DNA of 64,000 nucleotides from Mobula hypostoma (GCF_963921235.1 NC_086108.1:42038001-42102000); one strand, 5' to 3'; positions 50,760 through 64,000 are shown, counted from the first letter of the stretch. Numbers and translations: made by a program. Notes: generated by a model not told the origin, from the sequence alone.

Positions 50760-53700
50760 ACTTTGAATAACTTTTTTAAAAAAACTTCTTTGAGTGCAAG
50801 AAGGACGAGACTGCGCAGGCATGTGACGTAACAGGACAGCGCCGCAAGTTTAAACAGGGAGGTTACTTCCAATGGCTTTCTTGTGGATCGGGACAACAGA
50901 TTGGCGTGGGAGCTAAATTCTGAAGGAAGGCAGTTTTTTTTAAAAAACTTCTTCCAGTGCAAGAAGGACGAGACTGCGCAGGCACGTGATGTAACAGGAC
51001 AGCGCGGAGAGTTTAAAAAGGAGACCACCCTATACAGCGGGCAGCTGTCGGAGCAGGCAGCGGAGTGAGTGGTAGCAGAGTGTAGGGCTTTGGCTTCAAC
51101 GGGCTTCAGCAGTAAACAGGAAGAGGTGAGAGCGAAGCACCAACTCTTTTTTTCTCTCCCCCCGCCCCTTCGCGAATCGGCCCGGACAGACAGGAACAGC
51201 AGGGCTCTCACAGCTAACGGTACGAGCTAACGGTTTAAAAAGTTCGTCTGTTTGGCAAGGTTGAGTAGACTTAATTTTCCTGTTTCATTCCTGTAGAATT
51301 AGATAGCATGCTTGCAGGGTTAGTGTTTTGTTCAGGGTGTCAGATGTGGGAATCCTGGGAGACCTCCAGCCTCCCTGATGGCCACATCTGCACCAGGTGC
51401 ACCAAGATGCAGCTCCTCAGAAACTGTGTTAGGGATCTGGAGCTGTAGCTTGATGACCTACTGCTTATCAGGGAAAGTGAAGAGGTGATAGACAGGAGCT
51501 ACAGGGAGGTAGTCATCCCTGGGCTACAGGGGTCAGAAAACTGGGTGACTGTCGGGAGAGGGAAGGAAAATGCCCGGATAGTGGAGAGCACAGCTGTGGC
51601 TGTCCACCCCACCAACAAATATCTTGTTCTAGATGCTGTTGAGGGGGATGACCTGACAGGGGACGCCCACGGTGACCGGGTCTCTGGCACTGAGCCTGGC
51701 GCTATTGTGCAGGAGGGAAGGAGGGAGAAGAGGAATGCGGTAGTCATAGGGGATTCCATAGTCAGGGGAATGAACAGGAGATTCTGTGTGCCTGATAGAG
51801 ATACCCACATGGCGTGTTGCCTCCCAGGTGCCAGGGTACGGGATGTCTCGGATCTGGTCCAGAATATTCTGAAGGGAGAGGGCGAGCAGCCAGTTGTCTT
51901 GGTACATGTTGGTACCAATGACATAGATAGGACAAGGGAGGAGGTCCTGAACAGAGATTTCCAGGAGTTATGAAGGAAAGTAGATAGGACAAGGGAGGAG
52001 GTCCTGAACACAGATTTCTGGGAGTTAAGAAGGAAGCTGAGAAGCAGGACCTCCAGTGTAGTAATCTCAGGATTGCTACCTGTGCCACATGCTAGCGAGG
52101 GCAAGAATAGTAGGATCAGGCAGATGAATGCGTGGCTGAGAGACTGGTGCAGGGGGCAGGGCTTCAGATTCTTGGATAATTGGGATCTCTTCTGGGGGAA
52201 GTATGACCTGTTCTGGACAGGTTACACCTGAACCCAAAGGGGACCAATATCCTGGCGGGATGGTTTAATAGAGCTGTTAGGAAGGGTTTAAACTGATTTG
52301 GCAGGGGGATGGGAACCGGAATGATACAGCGGAGGAAGGGGAAAACAGAAATAAATCTAAGATAGTGAGCAGTAAAGATATCAGGAAAGACAGGTAGGTG
52401 ATGGGACAAATTTTTAGCCATTAGGATGAGTTGCAGTGCAATAAAGTTGCAGTGAAATCAAAGCGAAAAGTATCAAATACTGATCTTAAGGTATTGTACT
52501 TAAATGCACGCAGCATACGGAATAAGGTGGATGATCTTGTCGTACAGCTACAGGCTGGCAGGTATGATATTGTGGCCATCACTGAGACATGGCTAAAGGA
52601 TGCATGTCTCTGGGAGCGGAACGTCCAAGGATACACTGTGTATCTGAAGGAGAGGAAGGTAGGCAGAGAGGGAGGCGTGGCTTTATTGGTAAGTAATGAT
52701 ACTAAATCATTAGAAAGAGGTGATATAGGATCAGAAGGCGCAGAATCTTTATGGGTTGAGCTAAGAAATCGCAGGGGTAAAAGGACCCTGATGGCAGTTA
52801 TTTATAGGCCTCCAAACAGCTGCAGTGATGTGGACTACAAATTACAACTGGAAATAGAAAAGGCTTGTCAGAAGGGCAGTGTTATGATAATTGTGGGGGA
52901 TTTTAATATGCGAGTGGATTGGGAAAATCAGGTCAGCACTGGATCTCAAGAGAGAGAATTTGTAGAATGTCTGCGAGATGGTTTTTTAGAACAGCTTGTT
53001 GTTGAGCCCACTAGGGTGTCGGCTGTACTGGATTCGGTATTGTGTAATGAACCACAGGTGATTAGAGAGATTAAGGTGAAGGAACCCTTAGGAGGCAGTG
53101 ATCATAACATGATTGAATTCACTGTGAAATTTGAAAAAGAGAAGCCGAAATCTGATGTGTCAGTATTCCAGTGGAGTAAAGGAAATTATAGTGGCATGAG
53201 AGAGGAACTGGCCAAAGTCGACTGGAAAGGGACACTGGCGGGAAGGACAGCACAGCAGCAGTGGCTGGAGTTTATGCGAGAAGTGAGGAAGGTGCAAGAC
53301 AGGTATATTCCAAAAAAGAAGAAATTTTCAAATGGAAAAAGGATGCAACCGTGGCTGACAAGAGAAGTCAAAGCCAAAGTTAAAGCAAAGGAGAGGGCAT
53401 ACAAGGAAGCAAAACTTAATGGGAAGACAGAGGATTGGGAAGTTTTGTAAAGCTTACAAAAGGAAACTAGCAAGGTCATTAAGAGGGAGAACATTAACTA
53501 TGAAAGGAAGCTAGCAAATAATATCAAAGAGGATACTAAAAGCTTTTACAAGTATATAAAGAGTAAAAGACAGGTGAGAGTAGATATAGGACCGATAGAA
53601 AATGATGCTGGAGAAATTGTATTGGGAGATAAGGAGATGGCAGAGGAACTGAACAAGTATTTTGCATCAGTCTTCACTGAGGAAGACATCAGCAGTATAC

Positions 53701-55357
53701 CGGACACTCAAGGGTGGCAGGGAAGAGAAGTGTGCGCAGTCACAATTACGACAGAGAAAGTACTCAGGAAGCTGAATAGTCTAAAGTTAGATAAATCTCC
53801 CGAACCAGATGGAATACACCCTCGTGTTCTGAAGGACGTAGCTGTGGAGATTACAGAGGCATTAGCAATGATCTTTCAAAAGTCGATAGATTCTGGCATG
53901 GTTCCGGAGGACTGGAAGATTGCAAATGTCACTCTGCTATTTAAGGGGGCAGGAAAGCAAAAAGGAAAGTATAGACCTGTTAGCTTGACATCAGTGGTTG
54001 GGAAGTTGTTGGAGTCGATTGTCAAGGATGAGGTTACAGAGTACCTGGAGGCATATGACAAGATAGGCAAAACTCGGTATGGATTCTTTAAAGGAAAATC
54101 CTGCCTGACAACCCTATTACAATTTTTGAGGAAATTACAAGTAGGCTAGACAAGGGAGATGCAGTGGAAGTTGTATATTTGGATTTTCAGAAGGCCTTTG
54201 AAAAGGTGGCACACATGAGGCTACTTAACAAGATAAGAGCCCATGGAATTACAGGAAAGTTACGTGGATAGAGCATTGGCTGATTGGCAGGAAACAGAGA
54301 GTGGGAATAAAGGGATCCTATTCTGGTTGGCTGCCGGTTACCAGTGGTGTTCCACAGGAGTCCGTGTTTTGGGCCGCTTCTTTTTACATTGTACATCAAC
54401 GATTTGGATTATGGAATAGATGGCTTTGTGGCTAAGTTTGCTGACGATACGAAGATAGGTGGAGGGGCCGGTAGTGCTGAGGAAACGGAGAGTCTGCAGA
54501 GAGACTTGGATAGATTGGAAGAATGGGCAAAGAAGTGGCAAATGAAATACAATGTTGGAAAGTTTATGGTTATGCACTTTGGCAGAAGAAATAAATGGGG
54601 AGAGAATTCAAAGTTCTGAGATGCAACGGGACTTGGGAGTCCTCGACAGGATACCCTTAAGGTTAACCTCCAGGTTGAGTTGGTGGTGAAGAAGGCGAAT
54701 GCAATGTTGGCATTCATTTCTAGAGGAATAGAGTATAGGAGCAGGGATGTGATGTTGAGGCTCTATACGGCGCTGGTGAGACCTCACTTGGAGTACTGTG
54801 GGCAGTTTTGGGCTCCTTATTTAAGAAAGGATGTGCTGACGTTGGAGAGGGTGCAGAGATGATTCACTAGAATGATTCCGGGAATGAGAGGGTTAACATA
54901 TCAGGAACGTTTGTCCACTCTTGGACTGTATTCCTTGGAGTTTAAAAGAATGAGGGGAGACCTCATAGAAACACTTTGAATGTTGAAAAGCATGGACGGA
55001 GTGGATGTGGCAAAGTTGTTTCCCATGATGGGGGAGTCTAGTGCGAGAGGGCATGACTTAAGGATTGAAAGGCGCCCATTCAGAACAGAAACAAGAAGAA
55101 ATTTTTTTAGCCAGAGGGTGGTGAACCTATGGAATTCGTTGCCACGGGCGGCAGTGGAGGCCAAGTCATTGAGGGTATTTAAGGCAGAGATTGATAGGTA
55201 TCTGAGTAGCCAGGGCATCAAAGGTTATGGTGAGAAGGCGGGGGTAGTGGGACTAAATAGGAGAATGGATCAGCTCATGATAAAATGGCGGAGCAGACTC
55301 GATGGGCCGAATGGCCGACTTCTGCTCCTTTGTCTTATGGTCTTGCCTTATGGTCTA
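50760..55357 (+). mobile_element. Full-length CR1 LINE (inactivated): duplicated 5' monomer, ORF1 zinc-finger/leucine-zipper/SGNH esterase, ORF2 APE-RT
   Basis: ORF1 from ATG 51308 (CSGCQMW...CTRC, VIGDSIVRG, VHVGTNDI); ORF2 (YLNARSIRNK, IVAITETWL, YRPPN, GDFN, SDHN, FADDTKIGG). Scattered stops and frameshifts; 57-bp tandem duplication at 51924/51981; tail cttatggtct. Confidence 0.95.
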
Positions 55358-55940
55358 ACTGACTACTTTCACAACAAATTGTACCAAGTCACAACTGCAA
55401 GGACACAAATCAGATAAACAGCTGTCTATCAAGCAAAATTAGAAGAATCTTAAATCAGTAATGCATTATACAGAAATGTTTGATAAAGAATAGAAATCTG
55501 CATAATAGGTTAATAGTGAATACTTGTCAATTAATATATAGTACAGTAGCATATGAATTGTTCAAATATAGCAAAGGAAATCTTAAATAGTTCAATGCTA
55601 TGATACTAATCTGGCACCACTACTCCAAAATGAAATGGCGAAGATAAACAAAATCAATATTTATTAGTCTTTCTTTACAAAAATGTAAACCATGTACTAA
55701 AAAGATTTAAACATGCACACAACACTTGCATTTGATCCTAATGTACTAATATCATAACTGTTACCCAGCAAATTGTTTGACCAAAAAGGCAGAATTGAAA
55801 ATAAAAATTCTGAAGGGCCAATAAAATATGTAATTAAAATAGAAATGAAGCAGTATAAAAGGGCAAGAATGCGAATGAAAATATGTAAGCCTTAAAAAAA
55901 ACAGAAAAGAATAACTCATCTTTGTATAGTCCTATGACTT

Positions 55941-56003
55941 AATTATTTCACTACAGTAGGATATAATATGACAATTATTTCACTACAGTAGGACACAATA
56001 TGA
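55941..56003. repeat. Two-copy 32-bp tandem duplication
   Basis: aattatttcactacagtaggatataatatgac followed by aattatttcactacagtaggacacaatatga. Confidence 0.85.
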
Positions 56004-56163
56004 TGATGCGCCAGCACGTTGACGCCAGCTCATAAAAAATGGTTGTAGCATCTCAGGCAAATTATGAAATGTGACAGTATGGCAAGCCTCAAGATAATGT
56101 ATGTTCGAATTTGAGGCTCAACTTACCTTTATTATTTTAACATCTGGATCAATCTGCCTAATA

Positions 56164-56928
56164 CAGCAGTCCCCAACCACCGGGCCGCGGACCAGTACCA
56201 GGCCGCAAAGCATGTGCTACCGGGCCTTGAGGAAACGATATGAGTCAGCTGCACCTTTCCTCATTCCCTGTCACGCACTGTTGAACTTGAACATAGGGTT
56301 GCCATCTGTCCCGTATTTGCCAGGACATCCCGTATATTGGGCTAAATTGGTTTGTCCCATACGGGACCGCCTTGTCCCGTATTTCCCCCGCTAAGGTAGA
56401 GCGTTCCTATGAAACCTTTCATACCAAAATAGCATGAAGCAAAGAAGCAATTACCATTAATTCATACCCGAAAAATTTTTGAGCGTTCCTAGACCCAAAA
56501 AATAACCTATCATACCAAATAACACGCAAAACCAAAAATAAATAACACTAACATATAGTAAAAGCAGGAATGATATGATAAATACACAGCCTATATAAAG
56601 TAGAAACAATGTATGTACAGTATAGTCAGGAAGATGAAGGCAAAACTGATTTGTGGGGAAAAATTGGCACGTACGCGCATGCGCACCTGTGCCCGCGCAA
56701 GGCTTCATGGTCATGGTAGTCTTTCCTGGGGTAAAGTGTCCCGGGATTTGACTGCTACTTTTGTCCCTTACTTGGGAGTGAGAAAGTTGGCAACCCTAAC
56801 TGTAAAAGACATGTTGAGGTGAGTTTAACCCTAATTGAACACTCCCCACCCCACCCCAGCAGGCCGGTCCGCAAGAGTATTGTCAATATTAAACCGATCC
56901 GCGGTGCAAAAAAGGTTGGGGACCCCTA
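56164..56928. mobile_element. hAT (Charlie-like) MITE containing a second TIR-bounded unit (56294-56798)
   Basis: TIRs cagcagtccccaacc / ggttggggacccct; 8-bp TSD gcctaata / gtctaata (7/8). Inner TIRs tagggttgcca / tggcaacccta. Confidence 0.8.
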
Positions 56929-57124
56929 GTCTAATAGATCCCAGTGATGTGAGATTCAAAACAGTCAGCAGGTCTGAACTGTGAAGTGCCACAAGGTGGC
57001 TACTTGTTTGTTTTTACTTTCTGCCGAGAGGTCCACATGATTGCTATTAGTCTTAGACAATAAACACAGTGATGGATTTTTGAGAGATATTCTAATCATT
57101 CACAGGTCAACAGTAAAGCTTTAC

Positions 57125-57263
57125 CTGATAGAGTTCTCTCATAGTTGCCAACTTGCCTTCAAATTTGTCCAAGCTCCAGAAAGTGCTTATGCCTAACTTA
57201 ATATTTTTAACTTGAACCTGAATTGGACTTTTTAGGCTTTCATTTTTGTTGTCAGGCTCATGT
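57125..57263 (-). CDS. KIF14: KIF14 coding exon (first in window): (R)HEPDNKNESLKSPIQVQVKNIKLGISTFWSLDKFEGKLATMRELYQ
   Basis: Long poly-T tract then cag acceptor; gtaa donor. The peptide matches the vertebrate KIF14 motif KLGISTFWSLEKFESKLAAMKELYE as I recall it. Phase 2 in, phase 0 out. Upstream exons (motor, FHA) were not found in the window. Confidence 0.93.
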
Positions 57264-57501
57264 CTGTAAAAAAAAAAAAGAAAAAAAAAAAAAGAAAAAT
57301 CAATTTCTGCACTGTATCGCCATTCAGCAAAGAAATAGCTATAACCACACTCCAGGCCACAAATTCTAAAATTTAATCCCGAAGGATTCCAACCAGTTGT
57401 GTAAAATAACCTTGTTGCCATGAAGAGTTACTGTTGGATATTGTAAAACAGCTGTTTTTTCTAAGCAGGGGATCAGGTTGGCATTCAAGAACATTTTGGA
57501 C

Positions 57502-58345
57502 CACCCATTCTCAACGGGGGCCCTGGCACATTTGAAGGGGGCCACCGACTGAAAACTGTGAGAAGGGGAGCCCCAAGGGTTTATGGGGGCCTTGGTAACT
57601 GAACCAATGAAATACCCAAGCAGCAACCTTCATTGGAGTCAATATTTTCCCTATTATTTATAATATCTTTCCAACACACCGTTTGAATTTGGCACACTGG
57701 TAAATTCATTGCTTAAGCTCCTCCCACACAACTTTAGTTGCGAATCAGATTGCACCGGGTCAACGTATTCAATCAAGAGTTCTCGCATTCATTATCACCA
57801 TACTTCATTCTCCGAAGATCAGCGTGTCTTGCTAGGCCTTTGTTAGCCTAGCAACTTTAAAGTTTATGTGTTTGAATATATTATACGTTAAGGTAGGTTG
57901 TGAAAAGTGTTTATTACTGCATATGAAGTCACCGAAAAAAATCCCTGGCTCCAGGTGACAGTATTTTTTCTCAGTAATGTATCTGTATTTCGCGTGCTTA
58001 TTCCCAAGTCAAAAACATTTAGGCAGCCTTTCTAAACCATTTCAGTCAATGTTGTCAATTTAGCTAGAAAAAAAGTAGCAAAACCATTAAAAATTTTTTT
58101 TTTCCAATTTTGGTAGTTTTTAGTGAATGCATATGACAAGGAAAATTGAAATATTGCATTATTATGCATTTATACTATGTCATTTGCTAAATCTCAGTTG
58201 AAATTGTAAATTTTCACGGTAACTTCGTTAATTTGGCGACTAAACATACATAGTGAGTTTTGCCAAGTCACTTGAAAGGGGAGCCTTGGAACCTGAGAAG
58301 AGCTCCTAAAGGGGTCGTGGCCAAAAAACGGTTGAGAATCATTTA
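57502..58345. mobile_element. Probable hAT non-autonomous element
   Basis: Imperfect TIRs ...attctcaac / gttgagaat with GC-rich subterminal sequence; TSD unclear. Confidence 0.45.
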
Positions 58346-58899
58346 GACTAAAGTGGCAAGAAAAGAGACTTTTATTCATGTTTCTTCAAACAGGAAAGTT
58401 CCAATCCTATTTATTTTACTACAATAGACTGAAGAGAACATACCAACCCAGTAGATAGCAAGATAAAAGTTGCAACATCTGTGCTCTCCAAAATAACATG
58501 ATATAAAGCCCAGAGCTGAACACTTCAATCATGATTCAATACCTGTATCCTGTATCTCAATTTTCAAACAGCCCAAATTCAGATTTTACTAGTGTAATCT
58601 GGTTGCTGTGCATGTCCCACAAACTTGCCATTTACAACAAATTACATGAATATAGCTTAATGTGCTGCTGATGGCCCCTTAAACCATTTGGACAGGCTAA
58701 CAGGCCTTTGTTTTATAAATCCCTCCCCTGTCTTCTCTCTTGTTAAAAACAGACTTGTATTTCTCACTTTCTTAGTTCTGCAGAAGAATCCTGGATTCCA
58801 AACTTTAACTATCTCTCCTTCTGCAGATGTGCCTGACTTGCAAAGCACTTCCAGCATTTCCATTTTTTATTTGACTTTTAGCTTCGACAGATTTTACGT

Positions 58900-61800
58900 T
58901 ATGTCAAATTATAGTTATAACATATATGGGTCATTGATGAGAGCTACAGGGAGGTAGTCACACCTAGGCTGCCGGGAGCAGGTCATTGGGTGACAGTCAG
59001 AGGGGGGAAAGTGAAGGTGAGTATACAGGTAGTGCAGAGCACCCTGTAGCCATTCCCCAAATAATAAGTATACTGTCCTGGATACTGTTGGCGGGGACGA
59101 CTGACCAGGGGTGAGCCACACTGGCGGGGCCTCCGGCACTGAGTCTGACCCTGTGGTGCAGAAGGGTGGAACGGAGAAGAGGAACAGACAGGAGATTTTG
59201 TAGACATGAGGAGGACACCCGCATGGTTTGTTGCCTACCAGGTGCCAGGGTCCAGGATGTCTCTGACTGGGTGCACAACATCCTGGTACAAGAGGGAAAG
59301 CAACCAGAAGTCGTGATACATGTTGGTACCAAAGACATAGGCAGGAAGAGGAATGAGGTCCTGAAGTGGGAGTTTCAGGAACTAGGCAGAAGGCTGAAGA
59401 ACAGGACCTCAAGGGTGGCGTTCTCAGGATTGCTGCCAGTGCTACGTGATAGTGATGGTAAGAATTGCAGGAGATGGCGGTTGAATGCGTGGCTGATGAG
59501 TTGGTGCAGGGAGCAGGGTTTTAGATTTTTGGATCATTGGGATCTCTTCTGGGGAAGGTGGGACCTGTACAGAATGGATGGGTTGCACCTGAACTCGATG
59601 GGGAGCAATATCCTTGCAGGTAGGTTTGCTAGCATGATTCGGGAGAGTTTAAACTAATTTGCGAAGGGGATGGGACCCGGAGCGATACAGCAGTGGAAGA
59701 AGTGCATGGAGTAAAGCCAGATCTAACATATAAAGACGCTTTGAGGAAAGAGAAGGAAATAAAGGGTGTAAGGGTAGAAGGGCTAAAGTGTGTGTACTTC
59801 AATGCCAGAAGCATCAGGAACAAAGGTGATGAACTGAGAGCTTGGATACATGCATGGAATTATGATGTAGTGGCCATTACAGAGACCTGGCTGGCACCAG
59901 GGCAGGAATGGATTCTCAATATTCCTGGATTTCAGTGCTTTAAAAGGGATAGAGAGGGAGGAAAAAGGGGAGGAGGGATGGCGTTACTGGTCAGGGATAC
60001 TATTACAGCTACAGAAAGCGTGGGTAATGTAGCAGGATCCTCTTTTGAGGCAGTATGGGTGGCAGTCAGGAACAGGAAGGGAGCAGTTACTCTATTGGGA
60101 CTATTCTATAGACCCCCTGGTAGCAGCAGAGATACAGAGGAGCAGACTGGGAGGCAGATTCTAGAAAGGTGCAAAAATAACAGGGTTGTTATCATGCGTG
60201 ACTTTACCTTCTCTAATATTGATTGGCACCTGATTAGTTCCAACAGCTTAGACGGGGCGAGTTTGTTAAATGTGTCCAGGACGGATTCCTGTCACAGTCA
60301 CAGTATGTTGACAGACCGACTAGGGGGAGTGCCATACTAGATCTAGTATTAGGTAACAAAATGGGTCAAGTCACAGATCTCTCAGTGGGTGAGCATCTGG
60401 GGGACAGTGACCACCGCTCCCTGGCCTATAGCATTATCATGGAAAAGGATAGAATCAGAGAGGACAGGAAAATTTTTAATTGGGGAAGAGCAAATTATGA
60501 GGCTATAAGGCTAGAACTTGTGGGTGTGAATTGGGATGATGTTTTTGCAGGGAAATGTACTATGGACATGTGATCGATGTTTAGGGATCTCTTGCAGGAT
60601 GCTAGGGATAAATTTGTCCCAGTGAGGAAGATAAAGAATGGTAGGGTGAAGGAACCATGGGTGACAAGTGAGGTGGAAAATCTAGTCAAGTGGAAGAAGG
60701 CAGCAGACATGAGGTTTAGGAAGCAAGAATCAGAAGGGTCTATTGAGGAATATAGGGTAGCAAGAAAGGAGCTTAAGAAGGGGCTGAGGAGAGCAAGAAG
60801 GGGGCATGGGAAGGCCTTGGCGAGTAGGGTAAAGGAAAACTCCAAGGCATTCTTCAATTATGTGAAGAACAAAAGGATGACAGGAGGAAAGGTAGGACCA
60901 ATTAGAGATAAAGGTGGGAAGATGTGCCTGGAGGCTGTGGAAGTGAGCGAGGTCCTCAATGAATACTTTTCTTTGGTATTCACCGATGAGAGGGAACTTG
61001 ATGATGGTAAGGACAATATGAGTGAGGTTGATGTTCTGGAGCATGTTGATATTAAGGGAGAGGATGTATTGGAGTTGTTAAAATACATTAGGACGGATAT
61101 CTCCCTGGAGCCTGATGGAATATTCCCCAGGCTGCTCCACGAGGTGAGGGAAGAGATTGCTGAACCTCTGGCTAGGATCTTTATGTCCTCATTGTTCATG
61201 GGAATGGTACCAGAGGATTGGAGGGAGGCGAATGTTGTCCCCTTGTTCAAAAAAGGTAGTAGGGATAGTCCGGATAATTATAGACCAGTGAACCTTACGT
61301 CTGTGTTGGGAAAGCTGTTGGAAAAGATTCTTAGAGATAGGATCTATGGGCATTTGGAGAATCATGGTCCGATCAGCGAGAGTCAGCATGGCTTTCTGAA
61401 GGGCAGATCGTGTCTAACAAGCCCAATAGAGTTCTTTGAGGTGGTGACCAGGCATATACAAACCCCATTTCCAAATAAGTTGGCATATTTTCCAAAATGC
61501 AATAAAAACAAAAATCTGTGATATGTTAATTCACGTGAACCTTTATTTAACTGACAAAAGTACAAAGAAAAGATTTTCAATAGTTTTACTGACCAACTTA
61601 ATTGTATTTTGTAAATATACTCAAATTTAGAATTTGATGGCTGCAACACACTCAACAAAAGTTGGGACAGAGTTAAAATAAGATTGAAAAGTGCACAGAA
61701 TATTCAAGTAACACCGATTTGGAAGACTCCACATTAAGCAGGTGAGGTATCATGACTGGGTATAAAAGCAGTGTCCATCAAAGGCTCAGTCTTTGCAAGC

Positions 61801-64000
61801 AAGGACGGGTCGTGGCTCACCCCTTTGTGCCAAAATTCATGAGAGAATTGTTAGTCAGTTCAAAAGGAACATTTCTCAACGCAAGATTGCAGAGAATTTA
61901 GGTCTTTCAACATCTACAGTACATAATATTGTGAAAAGATTCAGAGAATTCAAAGACATCTCAGTGCGTAAAGGGCAAGGTCAGAAACCACAGTTGAATG
62001 CGTGTGATCTTTGAGCCCTCAGGCGGCACTGCCTAAGAAACCATCATGCTACTGTGACAATTATCGCCACCTGGGCTGGGGAGTACTTCAGAAAACCGTT
62101 GTCACTCACACAGTCTGTCGCTGCATCCAGAAATGCAACTTGAAACTGTATTACGCAAGGAGGAAGCCATACATCAACTCTATGCAGAAACGCCAGCGAG
62201 TTCTCTGGGCCCGAGCTCATCTCAGATGGACCGAAAGACTGTGGAACTGTGTGCTGTGGTCAGATGAGTCCACATTTCAGCTAGTATTCGGAAAAAACGG
62301 GGTCGAGTTCTCCGTGTCAAAGATGAAAACGACCATCCAGATTGTTATCAGCGAAAGGTGCAAAAGCCAGCATCTGTGATGGTATGAGGGTGCATCAGTG
62401 CCCACGGCATGGGTGAGTTGCATGTATGTGAAGGTACCATTGACCCTGAGGCGTATATTAGGATTTTAGAGAGACATATGTTGCCATCAAGGCAACGTGT
62501 CTTCCCAGGACGTCCATGCTTATTTCAGCAGGACAATGCCAGACCACATTCTGCACAGGCTACAACAGTGTGGCTTTGTAGCCACAGAGTGCATGTGCTT
62601 GACTGGCCTGCTGCCAGTCCAGATCTATCTCCTATTGAAAATGTATGGCGCATTATGAAGAGGAGAATCAGACAACGGAGACCACGGACTGTTGAGCAGC
62701 TGAAGTCTTGTATCAAGCAAGAATGGACAAAATTTCCAATTGCAAATCTACTACAATTAGTATCCTCAGTTCCAAAACGATTAAAAAGTGTTATTAAAAG
62801 GAAAGGTGATGTAACACAATGGTAAACATGTCACTGTTCCAACTTTTGTTGAGTGTGTTGCAGCCATCAAATACTAAATTTGTGTATGTTTACAAAATAC
62901 AATTAAGTTGGTCAGTAAAACTAATGAAAATATTTTCTTTGTACTTTTGTCAGTTAAATAAAGCTTCACGTGAATTAATGTATCACAGGTTATTGTTTTT
63001 ATTGCATTTTGGAAAATATCCCAACTTTTCTGGAAATGGGGTTTGTAGATGAGGGTGGTGCAGTGGATGTGATCTACATGGATTTTAGCAAGGCTTTTGA
63101 CAAGGTTCCACATGGTCGGCTTATTCAGAAAATTAAAAGACATGGGATCCAGGGAAGTTTGGCCAAGTGGATTCAGAATTGGCTTGCCTGCAGAAGGCAG
63201 AGGGTCATGGTGGAGGGAGTACATTCGGATTGGAGGTTTGTGACTAGTGGTGTCCCACAAGGATCGGTTCTGGGACCTCTTCTTTTCATGACTTTTATTA
63301 ACGACCTGGATGTGGGGGTAGAAGGGTGGGCTGGCAAGATTGTAGATGACACAAAGGTTGGTGGTGTTGTAGATTGTTGAAGATTGCAGAGAGACATTGA
63401 TAGGATGCAGAAGTGGGCTGAGAAGTGGCAGTTGGAGTTCAAACCAGAGAAGTGTGAGGTGGTACACTTTGGAAGGACAAACTCCAAGGCAGAGTACAAA
63501 ATAAATGGCAGGATACTTGGTAGGGTGGAGGAGCAGAGGGATCTGGGGGTACATGTCCACAGATCCCTGAAAGTTGCCTCACAGGTGGATAGGGTAGTTA
63601 AGAAAGCTTATGGGGTGTTAGCTTTCATATGTTGAGGGATAGAGTTTAAGAGTCGTGAGGTAATGATGCAGCTCTATAAAACTCTGGTTAGGCCACATTT
63701 GGAGTACTGTGTCCAGTTCTGGTCGCCTCACTATAGGAAGGATGTGGAAGCATTGGAAAGGGTACAGAGGAGATTTACCAGGATGCTGCCTGGTTTAGAG
63801 AGTATGCACTATGATCAGAGATTAAGGGAGCTAGGGCTTTACTCTTTGGAGAGAAGGAGGATGAGAGGAGACATGACAGAGGTACACAAGATATTAAGAG
63901 GAATAGACAGAGTGGATAGCTAGTGCCTCTTCCCCAGGGCACCACTGCTCAATACAAGAGGACATGGCTTTAAGGTAAGGGGTGGGAAGTTCAAGGGGGA
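58900..64000 (+). mobile_element. CR1 LINE (partial ORF1 esterase plus ORF2), split by Tc1, running off the window
   Basis: VIHVGTKDI and DGLHLN (ORF1); [51 protein letters not shown] (ORF2). Removing the Tc1 restores [12 protein letters not shown]. Confidence 0.95.
61459..63045 (+). mobile_element. Tc1-family (DD34E) transposon, full length, frameshifted transposase
   Basis: TA TSDs at 61457-58 and 63046-47; ~210-bp TIRs (caaaccccatttcc...aagttgggacag) with internal direct repeats. Transposase in three frames: GRGSPLC-HTH, WSDESTF, FQQDNARPH...SPDLSPIENVW (34 residues between D and E). Confidence 0.96.

Noticed and set aside
57264..58900. Search for the next upstream KIF14 exon
   Set aside because: No open segment with suitable splice sites and a KIF14-like peptide was found; it probably lies beyond the window.

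Overview
Eukaryotic, repeat-rich vertebrate DNA. The repeat families (CR1, Penelope-like, V-SINE, Rex/Babar, Tc1) look like those of a cartilaginous fish, probably a ray. The only host gene is the 3' part of KIF14 on the minus strand: 10 coding exons from 57263 down to the stop at 14121. All have GT-AG junctions and splice in frame into about 541 aa ending ...GVKKVVYTLQG...QWV*. The rest is mostly nested transposons: several CR1 LINEs (one full-length, with esterase ORF1 and a duplicated 5' promoter monomer), a Tc1 DD34E element, a Tigger-like deletion derivative, hAT MITEs, a solo LTR, Rex/Babar and SINE fragments, and many Penelope-like element (PLE) remnants. The most unusual structures are three young fold-back PLE insertions (96-372, 1826-2063, 19414-20223). 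Each has its own 14-16 bp target-site duplication, one arm lacking the ~35-nt 3' tail, and a minimal hammerhead ribozyme on both strands. A second PLE family shows the same inverted design at about 18290-18645. Family and gene assignments come from recognising motifs by eye; no database search was run.
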